NCBI GenBank assembly: GCA_028023455.1
Contig: JAQFVV010000007.1
Location: 7,936,001-8,000,000 of the forward strand
Length of the DNA: 64,000 bases
DNA from: Epiperipatus broadwayi
Lineage: Eukaryota; Animalia; Onychophora
Direction: 5' to 3'
A program made the translations under genes and the position numbers. Below, piece after piece: positions 1 to 13,140 of the stretch. Positions within the stretch are counted from its first letter, which is position 1; each line of letters starts with the position of its first letter. The notes under the pieces are model-generated. The model worked only from the letters and a program-made list of their open reading frames with translations. It ran no database searches and was not told where the DNA came from.

Positions 1-55
1 AAAGGTTAACCTTCCCTGAATTTTGTAATCTTGACATTTGCTGCCTGCCTATTAA

Positions 56-802
56 TTCTTCAACCGTCTCTTACGAGGCTCCTCGTAGACATCTGACGTC
101 ACTCTAACTCTGCCAGTTCTTATGCTAAAAAATTCGTTTGATAGGTTTTGAATAGGTTTTTAAAAGTTCTGTAAGATGGTGCCCTCTTCCGATTTATTTT
201 ACAAGTAAAAAATAAAAAAAAAACGCATTTAAACCTAAACAAAGAAAGAACATGAGTTGTGATTGGTTCTTAGCATGCTCTCAGCCGAAAAAGACATTCT
301 GATTGGCTGGAAAGAACAAAAAAACCGCCTGATCAAAGAAAATAAAGAAAAATGCTGAGATTTTCATTTTGAACATGATATAAATTATTATAAAATTATA
401 TTTATGGAAATTACAAATTATTTTCAGAGAGAATAATAAAAAAACAAAATTATTTTCGAAAAATATTGAAGATTTTAGTAAAAATATTCAAGAAATATTT
501 AAAAGAAATATTTACTTTTCTATAACATAAAAGTCGACCTTTTTGTTTGTATTATAGCTTTTATGTTACCGAAATTGAATATTTTAGAATAAATAAATAG
601 CAATTTATTTTTGAAAGAACTTTCGTTCTCTTCATAACCTGAAAAATTAGTAATATACTTTTTATAAACGTATCTGAGTTGAATTTAATATTATAGGCGA
701 ATATGTTTTAACAATAGGCTTTGTCTTCAGTTTGTGAGTTGGCCAATTAAAAGATTTGATTTTTACCTCATACAACCAATAATATAATTAGCGGTTAAAA
801 GG
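56..802 (-). mobile_element. piggyBac-type non-autonomous element (MITE), copy 1
   Basis: Flanked by TTAA at 52-55 and 803-806; right terminus GCGGTTAAAAGG|TTAA, left terminus degenerate (TTCTTCAACCG). Reverse-complement homologue of 62785-63552 along its whole length. No transposase ORF. Confidence 0.8.
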
Positions 803-920
803 TTAAATAAGTTTTGCTTGTATTTAAATATAAGCATAGCTTCCTTTATTTTCCTAATATTGTTATTTCTTTCAGTTTGCCATATTTTTACATTATTATA
901 ATTGAAATTAAAACCATATA

Positions 921-2086
921 CACCTGGGTCTCATTTTATGCGATAGATAGGTTCCTCAGAAAACACATGCAAACAAAATCGTGCAAAAATAAACGTAACT
1001 TACATTGAAAAGGGGGGGGGTCTGTGATTTTTCAAAATTCACGTAAAAGCAAAGCACCAATGTAAAATTACTTTAAAATTCGCGCAAAAAAAAAAAAAAA
1101 ATAAGGAAATAAAATATGACTAATAAAAAATTTCAAATTTGAAAAAAAATTGATTTAAGACAAACTTTTTTAAACTATAATATTTAATTTTATTCAAAAT
1201 AATATATTTTTATGCATAATTTACAGTACAGTAATTTACATTTTTTTATACACGTTTTAATTGTTAACACTATTTGCCGATAAACAGGTTCGTTTGCAAA
1301 CTAGTAAAGATTCTTCACAAGAGGAACTATAACTAGCACCAACTTCACTCTCATGTTGTTGTTTTAATGGTTTTCTAGTGACAACGTAATTAGTAATTAA
1401 TCTTTGAGATGATGATTTTATTAATTGTTTATGAAGCTCGTGATATCCAGACATACAACCATTTAACTCTCGTTGAAATTTAAAAGCACATTCATGATTA
1501 GTGTTATTAGTAAGAAAATAATTTTCCAATTGATTAGAAAGTTGAAGACCTTCTCGAATCATTTTGGAAGTGAAAGGAACAGGTTCCACTTCTGTTTCAT
1601 TATCTTTTTCTACATTTTCTTCTGTATCTAAACTTTTATTTTGTCTTTAATTTTTTAATTTTCAATTCCGTTTAAAAATCAAATTTCGTTTCACTGCTAT
1701 TACTCACCTTTTAAAAATAAACTTGCGGACACTAAATGATTAATAATTGATTAAACATTCTTTTTTAGAAAGCAAAAACAGAAAGTGATTTAAAATGCAA
1801 AATTAACACGCACAATGTTTGAACAAATTTACATTATAATCTTGTAAAATTTAATGTGTGTATACATAAAATGTGGAAATCATGATTTTAATTTCATTAT
1901 TGCATAAAATTTTACTATTATAAAGCACTGAAAATATTGAAATTACTAAGATGAAAGTCAAATTCCAATAATGTGCTATTACTTTCAATATAACGTAAGT
2001 GCGCAAAAGTTCAACTTCTGGTGAAACATGAATTGCATAACTTCAAAATTGTGTTAAATAAGTCCACGTAAAAAGAGACCCAGGTG
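921..2086 (-). mobile_element. Internally deleted Tigger/pogo-family DNA transposon
   Basis: TIRs CACCTGGGTCTCATTTTATGCG (921-) and CACGTAAAAAGAGACCCAGGTG (-2086), TA on both sides (919-920, 2087-2088). Confidence 0.85.
1257..1650 (-). pseudogene. C-terminal fragment of Tigger/pogo transposase
   Basis: Acidic linker then FTSKMIREGLQLSNQLENYF...ECAFKFQRELNGCMSGYHELHKQL...QRLITNY, the pattern of Tigger transposase C-termini; lies inside the TIR element; no DDE domain. Confidence 0.7.
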
Positions 2087-2887
2087 TATACATGATTTAT
2101 TATGGTCATAAAAACAGAAGATGATACATTATTATTACCTTTACAATTTTGTTTCAAAATTTGAACCCATTTTAATAACAGCAAGGGCTCTTTAATTCTT
2201 TTTTCCTATGTACATCTTGATTCCCTTATACATTTGATACCACACCTACATATCCATTTATAATTTATTTAATGTAGGAGGTGCATAAAATGCAATGTCA
2301 ATATATTTTTATAAATTTTCCTTATAAAATTTTCTTGTTGATTCGAAATATATCGAATTGGTATCCAAATTTTTTTATTAATAGAAGAATCAACCTCATT
2401 ACTAATTTTTTATTTTATTTTTTATATTGATATTTCATATTAAAATTTTAATAGTATAATAAATATGATTGTAATTATAGTGAACAATTATCAATTTATT
2501 AGAATATAATGAGGTTGTATCAGCTTCCATTTTTTACGACCATAATAAATCATGTATATATGGTTTTAATTTCAATTATAATAAAGTAAAAATATTCCAA
2601 ACTGAAAAAAATAACAATATTATAAAAATAAAGGAATCTATGCTAATGTATAAATACAAGCAAGACTTAATCAATAGACAGACAACAAACATTAAGATCA
2701 TGGAATTATGGGAAGGGTAACCTTTCAAAGTATTAGTTGATAAAGACTACGAGGATAATCGTAAGCACTCCTAAGTGACAATTATAATTTTTGTACTTTT
2801 CAAAAATTTTGATTACAATATTTACTAGTATTAAATTATAAGATTATATATATATTTAAAAGAGTTATGAGCAGTCCATTCTTGGAT

Positions 2888-3170
2888 TTTTAATGATATG
2901 GATGGCTGAAGAGTTGGAATATGGAGAAGATTGAAGCATGTCCATTAAAGTTTGCTGATTTGGTATCTTAATAAAAACTTAACACTGATAGTATATATAT
3001 GCAGGAGATAGTGATCTGAACCAATAGATGAGTGCTGGTTCAGCATAAAATAAGTATATTGGAGATCATTTATCTTTTTCTCATGTACGTGGTTACGTGA
3101 ATCAGTTGTATAAGATGGAATGAATGGCTGTGGAGTGTTTGAAAGTCTGAGTTCAAATCCTTTTTAATTA
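2888..3170 (+). repeat. Dispersed repeat ending in a tRNA-like/B-box segment (copy A)
   Basis: ~280 bp homologous to 57183-57460; ends GAAAGTCTGAGTTCAAATCC; the same terminal segment forms the palindromes at 20.4 kb and 27.2 kb. Confidence 0.7.
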
Positions 3171-5441
3171 TATTAAGTTTAGTATAGGCATTATATATGT
3201 ATTTGAATATTATGTATATTGTAACCAAAAGGTTAGTTATCAGTAAATCGGCTTATGTTGGGAAGCCAAAATCCATGACAGAAAAGTCCTATCCTGGATC
3301 ATAACAGGCGAAAATTAAATTATACAATATAAAGCTGTTATAGTATAATCTGGTCACAACTACAGTACACTGTGAAGACCTATCACAGAATTATATGAAG
3401 GTATGTAAAATACCTAAAATAAATTATATGAATCTTTAATTAGCTATAATTCTCCTTAACAACTGGATTTTAAAATTACACTCCCAAATCTTAATTTATG
3501 ATTTATAACTATTCACTTCAATGACTATATCTTAAAAACTACACCCAGAACTTTAATTTATGATTTTATTTACTGGAGACTCCATGGCTGACTATGGACA
3601 AGATGGCATAATCTCTATAACTGCTAAAGATTATATGATAAATATGAGTCATTTGACAATATAGCAATAATTATAATCAGCATCATAATATGCCTGGCTA
3701 TAGCTCAGATAAGTAAGAAGCATGAACTTTAGTTTCTTTCTTCATTAATGTTTATATCAAATCAAATCATAGCAATGAGACATTTTATTATAATAGGAAA
3801 AGCATCAGTTATAGTATTAAAAAAATAGGTTCATTTTTTATACTGGCTAGCAGATTTATCTATTGATTTCAATATAAATAATAGATTCTGGATTATGTTC
3901 CAGAATTAACAAGCAAAGCTGAGGTGATATAGAAGATAAATGGGATTTTATTATATCTTGCACATCATGAATTACCCAATAACAAAAGTATTAAAATATT
4001 TTCTGAATATTTCAGTAACCTTGCACACATCATCAGGGACAATATATACTCTAATATTTATGACCTATTTAATACGTTGGATTATCTGGCTTCATGTGTG
4101 ACAAATAGCAACCATACAGATAAATTAAATTATAAAATCAACATTTATTCATTATTCAATAAACATTAGAATAATAATTAGTTAACACAATATTAATAAA
4201 ATTAAATAAACAAAAATAAATTACATAAAATAACATCACATGTAATTGTTTTTTAAAGTGTAATCTACATTAATTATATAAATAATACAAACTAAGATTT
4301 TATTACCAATGGGTTTTTATAAGGACAAGGGTAGATTGGAATACCCAGTCAATGGCACATTGAATACAATCAAAACCAGAACTAACACATACATACTTCA
4401 AAATTATAATAATAATAATAACAATTGGTATTAATAAACCTATGGAAATTGACTATAATGAGATAATATATCAAAAGGGAATTTCAACTCAGCTAAACTA
4501 TCATATAATTGACATATAATAAATTATGACAACAATTCATTTGAATGCTTTTTTATGGCTGATAACCGAACACATGCCATAAACATAAGAATGAGGAAAA
4601 CGATGTAAGAATCATAATGTATGGAGACTCTACTCAAGCATACATTTATATAACCAAGAGCAATAATATACTCGTGGATGTATTCATCTGCATAAGTAAT
4701 AATAAAGCTGTAAGTACCCTGTGGGTTTTCTAACTATAAAAAGAGCAAATAGCATAATTACAGAATGTTCAGTGGATTAACCACCAGTGCTGAAACAAGC
4801 TTAAAGGATATACAAAATAATGGCAAACAATTATTCTGTGGATTAGACCACCAGCACGAAAAAAGCCATATAATATTAAAACAGTATTAACACTCACTTC
4901 CTTAATAAGATAAAAATAAATTATCCTCATTAATCTATCAGCTCAATTTGGAAGTCATGTGTAGTCTTACAAATATGAATTCAGACAGGAAATGTAATAA
5001 AACTTTATTACAGGAAATAAATGAGATAACAACTGACCATACACCAGATGGTATAAAAAATAATACCTAATATTATAATATGAGTATAAGCACAGAACCC
5101 TGGAAAGACATACAGGATTAAGACATGTGGTTTTGATGCATTTTATAGATTTGTTGAATTATTTATTAAATCTTTACACAAGTACTGTTTCTTATCATTG
5201 ACTCGTTTTAATCCCTATCATATGCTCAACCACAAATCTAAATTTGACAAGTAATTATTTTATATACAATAGATTATATATATTGTGAACCTCTTACACA
5301 AATAAAGAATATAAAATATAAGTAAAACATAAAATACATATCCACTAAAATTCTACACTAGGTTCAAAGACATATTATTTAAATATGAACTATCACTCAA
5401 TAAATTAATAGTACATTTCTAAAACTTAATAACAAATATAC

Positions 5442-5518
<77 letters not shown>

Positions 5519-6000
5519 CATAGAATCTTAAAAGACGATTGTATACTTCTTCAATCTGATTTATAAGAAATATTTATAAATTAATTAATTTATGTGTAGA
5601 TCCTGTATATCCAAGATATTTTAAAAGGTAGGATATGTATAATTCTAATCAAATTATTCTCAAAAGTCAATGGAATTGTATTACTTTATTTTAAATGTGA
5701 TTTCAAAATTGAAATATTTTACTACTTTTGATCTATCAGTATCAAAGATTATGGATGGCTGCTCAGGTAAATAATTATCCCATAAGTGCTATAACAGCCA
5801 AAATAGTTTCCTGGTTATCTGTTATTTCTTTCCATAACTAGATTCTAACTTTAATAAAAAAAATAACAAAGTGTTGTATAAGTTCAAAGTGGGATTGTAA
5901 TTAATTCTTTGTCATTCAGACACTGGCACATAAAAATATTAAAACAGCATTTCATTCCCCACATATACACAACACCACTTTAAGTCAGGGGAGCAAAATT

Positions 6001-6265
6001 TTATCCAAAGTTAAAGATAATAATTCATTTTACACATTCATAAAACTATAATATGTATTAAAATTAAGAATGTAAAGCATGTTATCCAAGGTTAAAATAT
6101 GGTATTTCATTCTGCACACACGTAACACTACTATATGCTTTAAAGTTCATGAAAGTAAAACATTTTATCCATGGTTAATTATAATTCATTTTGCACATAC
6201 ATAACACTACTATATGTGTTAAAGTTATGAAAGTAAAGTATTTTATCCAAGGTTAAAATATGGTC
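6001..6265. repeat. Diverged tandem repeat, ~81-bp unit, ~3.2 copies
   Basis: TTATCCAAGGTTAA-like motif recurs at ~6001, 6082, 6165 and 6243 with homologous sequence between. Confidence 0.8.
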
Positions 6266-8735
6266 TGTAAGCAATATGAATTTTCAAGTATGACCTTTAA
6301 CACTGCTGCTTGTGTTATTGTGATTAATAATAATTCCACTATATTTCAGTTGTAGACATTTGGAAATTTATTAGCAGCTAGACTCATGGTTGAAAGATCT
6401 AAACAGATTTCTTAAAACTTAGCTATACATTTTTCTATTAACACTTGATAATATTACAATTTAAATTATTTATGAAAAGTTTTATTTTAATTTTCTTCTT
6501 TGTCTTTAAATTCTCTCTCTTTTTTAAAGAGAAGCTTTCATTTTCATTATAAGTTTAACAGCCAAAAAATAAAGAAAAGATTTTTACTTTTCTTTTTCCA
6601 CCTTTGCTGTTACTACAGCCACTCTTAAAAAAATATCTCCGGAACTTCTATTTTGTTTCTTAGCCAATTAAATTTCTTCTCATTTACATATCTCTTAAAA
6701 TAAAAAAAAATGTATTTATATTATCATATTTTATAAACTAATTAAAAAGAAATTAAATAAATCTTTTAATTAAACCAAAATAATCTCTGGGATTATATAA
6801 AGAAAGAAAAAACAAATAATAATAATAATAATGTTTTTCTTTATCTTACTGAACTTGATGTAAAATGCTGTTGGTTTTCACTTTCAGGTTAAGCACAGTT
6901 TACTTAACTTAGTGTTTGGAGACAGAGCAAAACTAATAGATAAAAAAATACAATAAGTAAGGCAAAAAAATGGAATTATATAATATCATCATTCAATTAA
7001 TTTGGATACAAGTAACAAGTATACAAAATACTAATGGTGATAATCACTTATAAGAAGATAGATAGAAATATTAGACTAGTTCTACCAAGGTTTATATTTT
7101 GTACCAAAATATAAAGTTACAATATATATATATTGTACTGGATCGAACCACTTACTTACACGTATGTATGTTTCAGCTGGTTTCCAACCTTTTATAATAC
7201 ATTTATAATCTTATAAATGTTACGTGAACGAACCAGCATGTTCGAGCAAAATGGGAGATATTATTGATAGCTTTAACTATCAACAATGGCCCACCTCGAC
7301 TGCTAAATTCAAACCCCTACTATCCAAACACTTTATTTGTTTTGGAGTAAACTCTGGGCACCAGTTAGTCTCTGACTAACATATTTGGTCAGTAGGCCCA
7401 TAATCCAGTGCTCGAAATGATCCCAACAGTCTAATTTTAATCAATAATAAATATAGTTTAATTAGTGGTGATTGAATTGATATAAGATTGGTAAAGAATA
7501 GGTAACAGAGATTGATAAAAAGAGATTGATAAAAAGAATTGACTGACATATAAAGTTTAATTTTAAAGACAGTTTATTAACTAACATTAATTTACTAAAT
7601 TTAAACATCTTTATAATTTTTAACTAATATAACACACGCACATTTTAAATTAACACATTATCATATATATCTTATGAAAAGCATAAATAATATTTGACAT
7701 CGATAAATTATCTCACATTCACAAACACGCACATCAATAGTTCATTTTATGCATGCTTCTAGAGTTCAAATTACTGGTCTCTGTAGGATTTACGAATTAC
7801 AGTAGTGGCTACTATGTATAAATGAAAATAATAAAATGTTTTACCTAGGATTTTTGGAATGTGGATATTGCTTGTTGTTGGCTGCTTCTGACAGAGTAAA
7901 TCTAATAAAGGATATCTAACTGGTTAGATTTGACATTTCTTGAGGAGATTTGATGCTAATCCATTGGTTTTATTCTTGGAGACAGTTGAACATTGCCGGA
8001 GGATTTCTGAGCTGTTAGGTAGACATTATTTCATGGGCAGGTCTTGCTGATCTTATTGGACTAAGGGCTGAAAGTAGAGTGTATATTCCCTAAAACTGCT
8101 CAACACTGCATTTCTGTTTCTGGATACATAATATATATTACACTGTTATCTGAACTGAAACATGACTGAAACTAGGCTGAAACTGACGTCCGATAAAAAT
8201 CTGGCTATTTATATATGCAAAGTGTTTTTGTTTTAATATCCTCTGGCAAATATGTGTTGTCGAAATTCCTTTAGTAACTAATCCTCTGACATGTTTTTTA
8301 AAGATTGTTTAATTAGTAGTAGTCTCCATAAACATGTTGTTTTTATATCTTTCATTAGTAGCCCACTGCCGGTGTGGTTTTTTAAAATCTTTATTTAACT
8401 TAATAGCCATCGCTGTGTTTTCCAAATATAATTTCTTTTTAACTTTCATTTATATTTTTTTAATATCATTCTAACACACATACATTTATTTACACTCGCA
8501 GGCACATATATAATTTATTATAATAAGCTCGAATGAAAAGAGATTTATATTTTTTAAACTTTAAATAATTTATTTTTACAAATACTAATTAAGGAAAACT
8601 TTACTTCCTTTTATAAAACTTTTAGTTTAACTTTCTAAAGAAAACCCCCTTCTCACTTTTAATCAATTATTTCCCAATTTTATTTCAAACTCTTTTATGA
8701 AATATTTTTATTTTAATAATTTTTTTTAGACAAAA

Positions 8736-8924
8736 TTATTTTATATACATGTGCCAATTTGGTCTTGGCACAATATATATATTATAATGGTCACTCAATC
8801 CATGCTTGATCATGGATGGTGCCACCAGATCACTATGTATCTGGAAAATTTGTTTACTATGATCAAAAGTGGATGGTGATGGTGGTTTGCATCGCCTAGA
8901 CTCAGGGAGATAGCAAGAACTCAT
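8736..8924 (-). pseudogene. LINE APE-type endonuclease remnant
   Basis: PSTFDH...IKHGLSDHYNIYI resembles the (L)IDH...GLSDH C-terminal motifs of LINE endonucleases. Confidence 0.45.
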
Positions 8925-10850
8925 GAATATTGTTCAGACAATTGAAAAATAAAAACACATAGACAAATGTCAGCAAAAAAATTTAAACTAATTTGAAATT
9001 TTATTAAGAGTAATATAAAATTTTAAAGTAGAGCTTTACACACAATAAATACGGTTATATCAGGCGGCATGTACTAACAAAAATAAAATGTCAATGCTCT
9101 GGCAGACAAACTAATTTTCTAACAATAAATTAAAGCAAAAAAGAGGAACTGATTTTCCTTTAGCTGGCGATTCACCCAAGAAATTCAGGTTTTCTTATTC
9201 AAAAGTTCTAAAATTGCAAAGCAAATGAAAGTTTCTTGCATGAATCAATGAAACTAGTGTGGGTGAGTGATCAATAACTTATTGACTAATGACAACATAA
9301 TATCTGCAGATCATTATGGTTGATTACAATGCAAGAACATAAAAATGGTAGATGAATACAACAGAGTATAAATTATAGAATTGAAGAAAAGTTAAATCCC
9401 CAATTTAAAGAAATAGAAAACTAAGAAAATACTCCAGTATAAAGGATTTAAAATGAAGGAAACATTAAATATATTATTTAAGGAAAACTGACATTTAAAA
9501 CTGGAGAATCACCAACCAATTGACTAGCCAAACATTAAATATTTGATTTAAGGAAAACTGACATTTAAAACCGAGGTACCACCAGCCAAATGACTGGCCA
9601 TAACTAAGCAGAGTATAATAATTAAAAGTCTCAAGTTAGGTCTGCCCAAGCATTTAGCACTAGTTAATAAAATAAAGGGAGACATATTAAGAATATAAAA
9701 TATAATCTCACAATACACTCTCTGATAATTAAAATGGAAAACAAACTTGGAATCTTAAAATTAAGATTTCAAGATACACTATAAATACTAAGAAAAGAAA
9801 ACACATATAATTATAAGATTAAATAACTAGTAAAACTTTATACAACAGATTTAATTTTTTTAGATTGAGTGGATATTTAACTAAAGATTTTATATACCCT
9901 GGAAAGAATAAGAAATATTTTTAGCTTACAGTAAAGCAGAGTCCACATTTTTCAAAGAGTGCACACATTTATTTTTGGAGTTCAAATTTTCAGGTGTTTC
10001 CATTTCTTTATAGCAGCAAGTGTAGAGGCATATATAGGGATCCTTCCTACTTCAGACTTTCATGACATGATGAAAGAACAGCTTGGAATCAGAGGTCCAT
10101 CCTTAGTTAAGTTAGTAAGGCATGTTGTAGGTTGGCATACATATAGCAGTGAATTTTGACATCTTATGAAAGCAAACTTCAAGAAATGAAAATCTTTTAT
10201 TAACAGCAAATTTTGAAGAGAAATTAAATGTTCGAACTGCCAACACAGTATAAATCTCAGCATGCTAATATAAAGTGAATAGTAGAATTATAGGAAGCAG
10301 AATCAATCACTTTAAATATCTTGTTCCAGCCAAGAATAATCTAAATGTCTGAAATTTTTGGGGTTATTTGTACCCTCCCTCTATCTCCCATGTAAACTTT
10401 CTTGTTTTTCAATTATAAGCCTTAAGCCAGGGTGAATCTTTATTTCCCACTCAACCTTACTTAAGAATTCTAACCAGGGATTATCTTATAGAAAAACAAC
10501 AACACAAAATTAAATCTCCACTTTTAAAATCAAACTAAAATGGATCATAATTAAAATAAAATAAAAACAGGAATGCAATTAAAAAGTTTGCTTGTTTTTA
10601 ATTAACTTGATAAATAAAAACAAGCAGTAAAAGAAAACTATTTTAGAAATCAAATTTATAAAATAAAATAAAATGACATTTTAAACATAAATAAGTATGT
10701 GTGTTAATACACATACTCTTATAAACAACTTTTAAATAGTTTTAAACTTTAAAATTTAATGGAAATAAAAGTTGGTTTTATTTTTGACAATGAAACCATT
10801 GAATCAGATAAACTATCCAGCTCAATATATATATATATGATTTAAGAAAG

Positions 10851-10900
10851 AAAAAGCTCTGACGAAAGTACTTGTTATTGTACTGAAACATCAGCTATTT
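10851..10900 (+). ncRNA. Minimal type I hammerhead ribozyme motif (Penelope-type)
   Basis: AAAAAGCT-CTGACGA-A-AGTAC(ttgttatt)GTACT-GAAA-CA-TC-AGCTATTT: core intact, 5-bp stem II, 7/8-bp stem I, helix III reduced to ACAT (plausibly ACGT after CpG decay). Confidence 0.75.
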
Positions 10901-12869
10901 AGTTATTATTATATTTTTATTACACGCAAGCTCCCACACTAATACTATGAATTCATTTATCCTAGAGAATATTAGAATTAACATATATATATATGTACAT
11001 ACATAATGATGTTTCCATATTCTGCCATTCTAAATACTAATGTAAAATAATACTTATACAGAGTTAAAACATAAATTTTAAGAATATTTATTACACCAAA
11101 TATACTTTTAATCTTTTCTGACCATGAATATGATGTGAAAACATTGAAAGTATAATTGGTAAAATAAATTTTGTTAAAATTTTATATTTCAGCTCAGTGT
11201 GTGTATTATTTTACACACATGTATATTATCTAGGGTTATCTATGTATGACTTGGTGCACTAACATACTGCCACTTTGGTTAAATTATATATCAAGTGGGT
11301 AATGAAAATTGTAAAAGTGGTTCTTTTCTATTGGAGAAACTTTCAATCTTGTTACATATCAATGCTTTCAGCTTCTCTATAATAGTTTTTACAATTGTTA
11401 CACAGTTGGTGTTCAGTGTGATGCAGATGAAAGATTAGTATATTAGTACAATAAAGCATATAATATTAGTACAATAAATCATACATGTATGAACACAGAT
11501 ATCTGTAGCCTGGGAAAATCATTTTCACACACACGTGTTCCCACAAACACACACACAAATATATATAAAGTAGCAGATCTAGCATGTTTCTAAACAAGAA
11601 TAAAATCCTTTGCATCACAGATGCAAACACAGCCTTGTACATGACCTAGTTCATTCTTTTTTAAAAGAGTTCATTTTCTATTATTTTAATACTTTTGTAA
11701 ATGAAATATTGTCATACGTTATACACTTATCAATAGACATATACTTACTAGATTATTAGGTTAATACAAAATGAGCTTTTGGGTATATATAAAATATCAG
11801 ACTAAGAAAGTTTCTATATAGAGTAAACATAGCTTCAAAGCATAGCTTCATTTACATATGTCTTATTTTCAACTTTTATACAAGAGTTTATTTCTTACTC
11901 ATTTTAATGGCTATGCCAGTCAAATATTTATAAAATAATAAAGACATGTCATTTGTAATTAACTATTTTGAACATTGGTAAATGTACATTAAATTATTAA
12001 CCAACTGGATAATTTATCTGAATGTTGGTCCTGTTTGGCCTTTAGCTTCTTTTCTCTCTCCTGCACTTATCTTTAGTGCTATATTGCTTGTTTTATGTTT
12101 ATTTTGATGGCAGAAGCTTTATTGATTTATTATTTCAAACATAATGGTGAGAGACAAAAGGAATTGGTGCTGAATAGCATTAAGTGATGTCATATAATAT
12201 GCTTTGCTGGTTTTATATTTCATTTTTTGTTTTCTTGGAGAACAATGGTAGGTTCTTTTTTTAAATCTTCAGACAATACAAAACAGTATTATTTAACAGA
12301 CCACTTATGCTTTCGAATATTGAGGATAATATAAATGTTCTCAATTATAATTTTAAGGAATAGTAATGCAGATTAATAGGCGGGTTGATGTACAAAGTGG
12401 TTTTAAAATAAATACCAAGTTAAAAAAAGATGAATCTTTTTTCCAACCAAAATTTAAAATTGGAAAAAAAAACATTGCACAGGCATCCAAGTTTGGCACA
12501 CAAAATGTTTCATGGATGTATAAAATCATCTAAAACAGAATAAGGCTAGCTATGTATTCATCTACTTACAGATAATATGAACATCTAAAATTATAAACAA
12601 TATTACAATCTTTGAACAATGAAATAAAATATGTTCTTATGCATGGATGTAAAACTTGAAAATAAATGAATAAACAAAGAACTACAAACAGACACTTACA
12701 TGATATATTTAGTATATGTTAGTGGGTGAAGATAATGAATTATAGGAAACATCATGTGACAGCCTATCTAACTAAAAATTACATGTTGGTAATGACAGAG
12801 TTAATATCAGTAACTATGAAGAAACAAAAATATCATGAGAAAAATTTTAAATTTTATATTGCATGAATG

Positions 12870-13140
12870 AAAATAGAAATAAGTGAGATCTTTAAACATT
12901 GCGGTTAAATACTACTGTATAAATATGATTGTCCTAATGATGCATGTGCACACAAAGTTGAATTTTTTAATTCTTTATATATTAAAATAATACAAAATAA
13001 ATATGTATACATGTGGCTGAGTGTTTTCAAGGGATATAGTCCTCATAGTCATAGCCATATTGTAACTAACAAAACTAGTTAATTGCAATGCAAATTTATG
13101 CAAATGACTTTATGTATTCAATTTCTTGGATATATTGTAG
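12870..13140 (+). repeat. Unclassified dispersed repeat (~270 bp), copy 1
   Basis: Colinear homologue at 20645-20918. Confidence 0.8.

Noticed and set aside
2900-2950. CTGAAGA hammerhead-like start (also at ~57203)
   Set aside because: No stem II pairing, no GAAA, and no UH in register.
3235-3310. RNase P-like words (CGGCTTAT, GAAAAGTCC)
   Set aside because: Wrong order, P4 pairing is poor, and no surrounding scaffold.
3400-4700. Possible LINE endonuclease/esterase traces (FTGDS, MYGDS)
   Set aside because: Isolated short motifs in the wrong order with no sustained frame.
4771-4862. Duplicated GTGG-ATTA-CCAC hairpin followed by GAAA
   Set aside because: No CUGANGA upstream in either copy; cannot be called a ribozyme.
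6001-6265. CRISPR-like periodicity
   Set aside because: Sequences between the motifs are homologous, not unique spacers; eukaryotic context; no cas genes.
7400-7432. U3 snoRNA box A-like GGGATCATTTC (minus strand)
   Set aside because: Box A' spacing is wrong and boxes B, C and C' were not found.
7845-8129. Decayed 95-codon ORF after the TATA box
   Set aside because: Five internal stops is about the random expectation; no protein motif.
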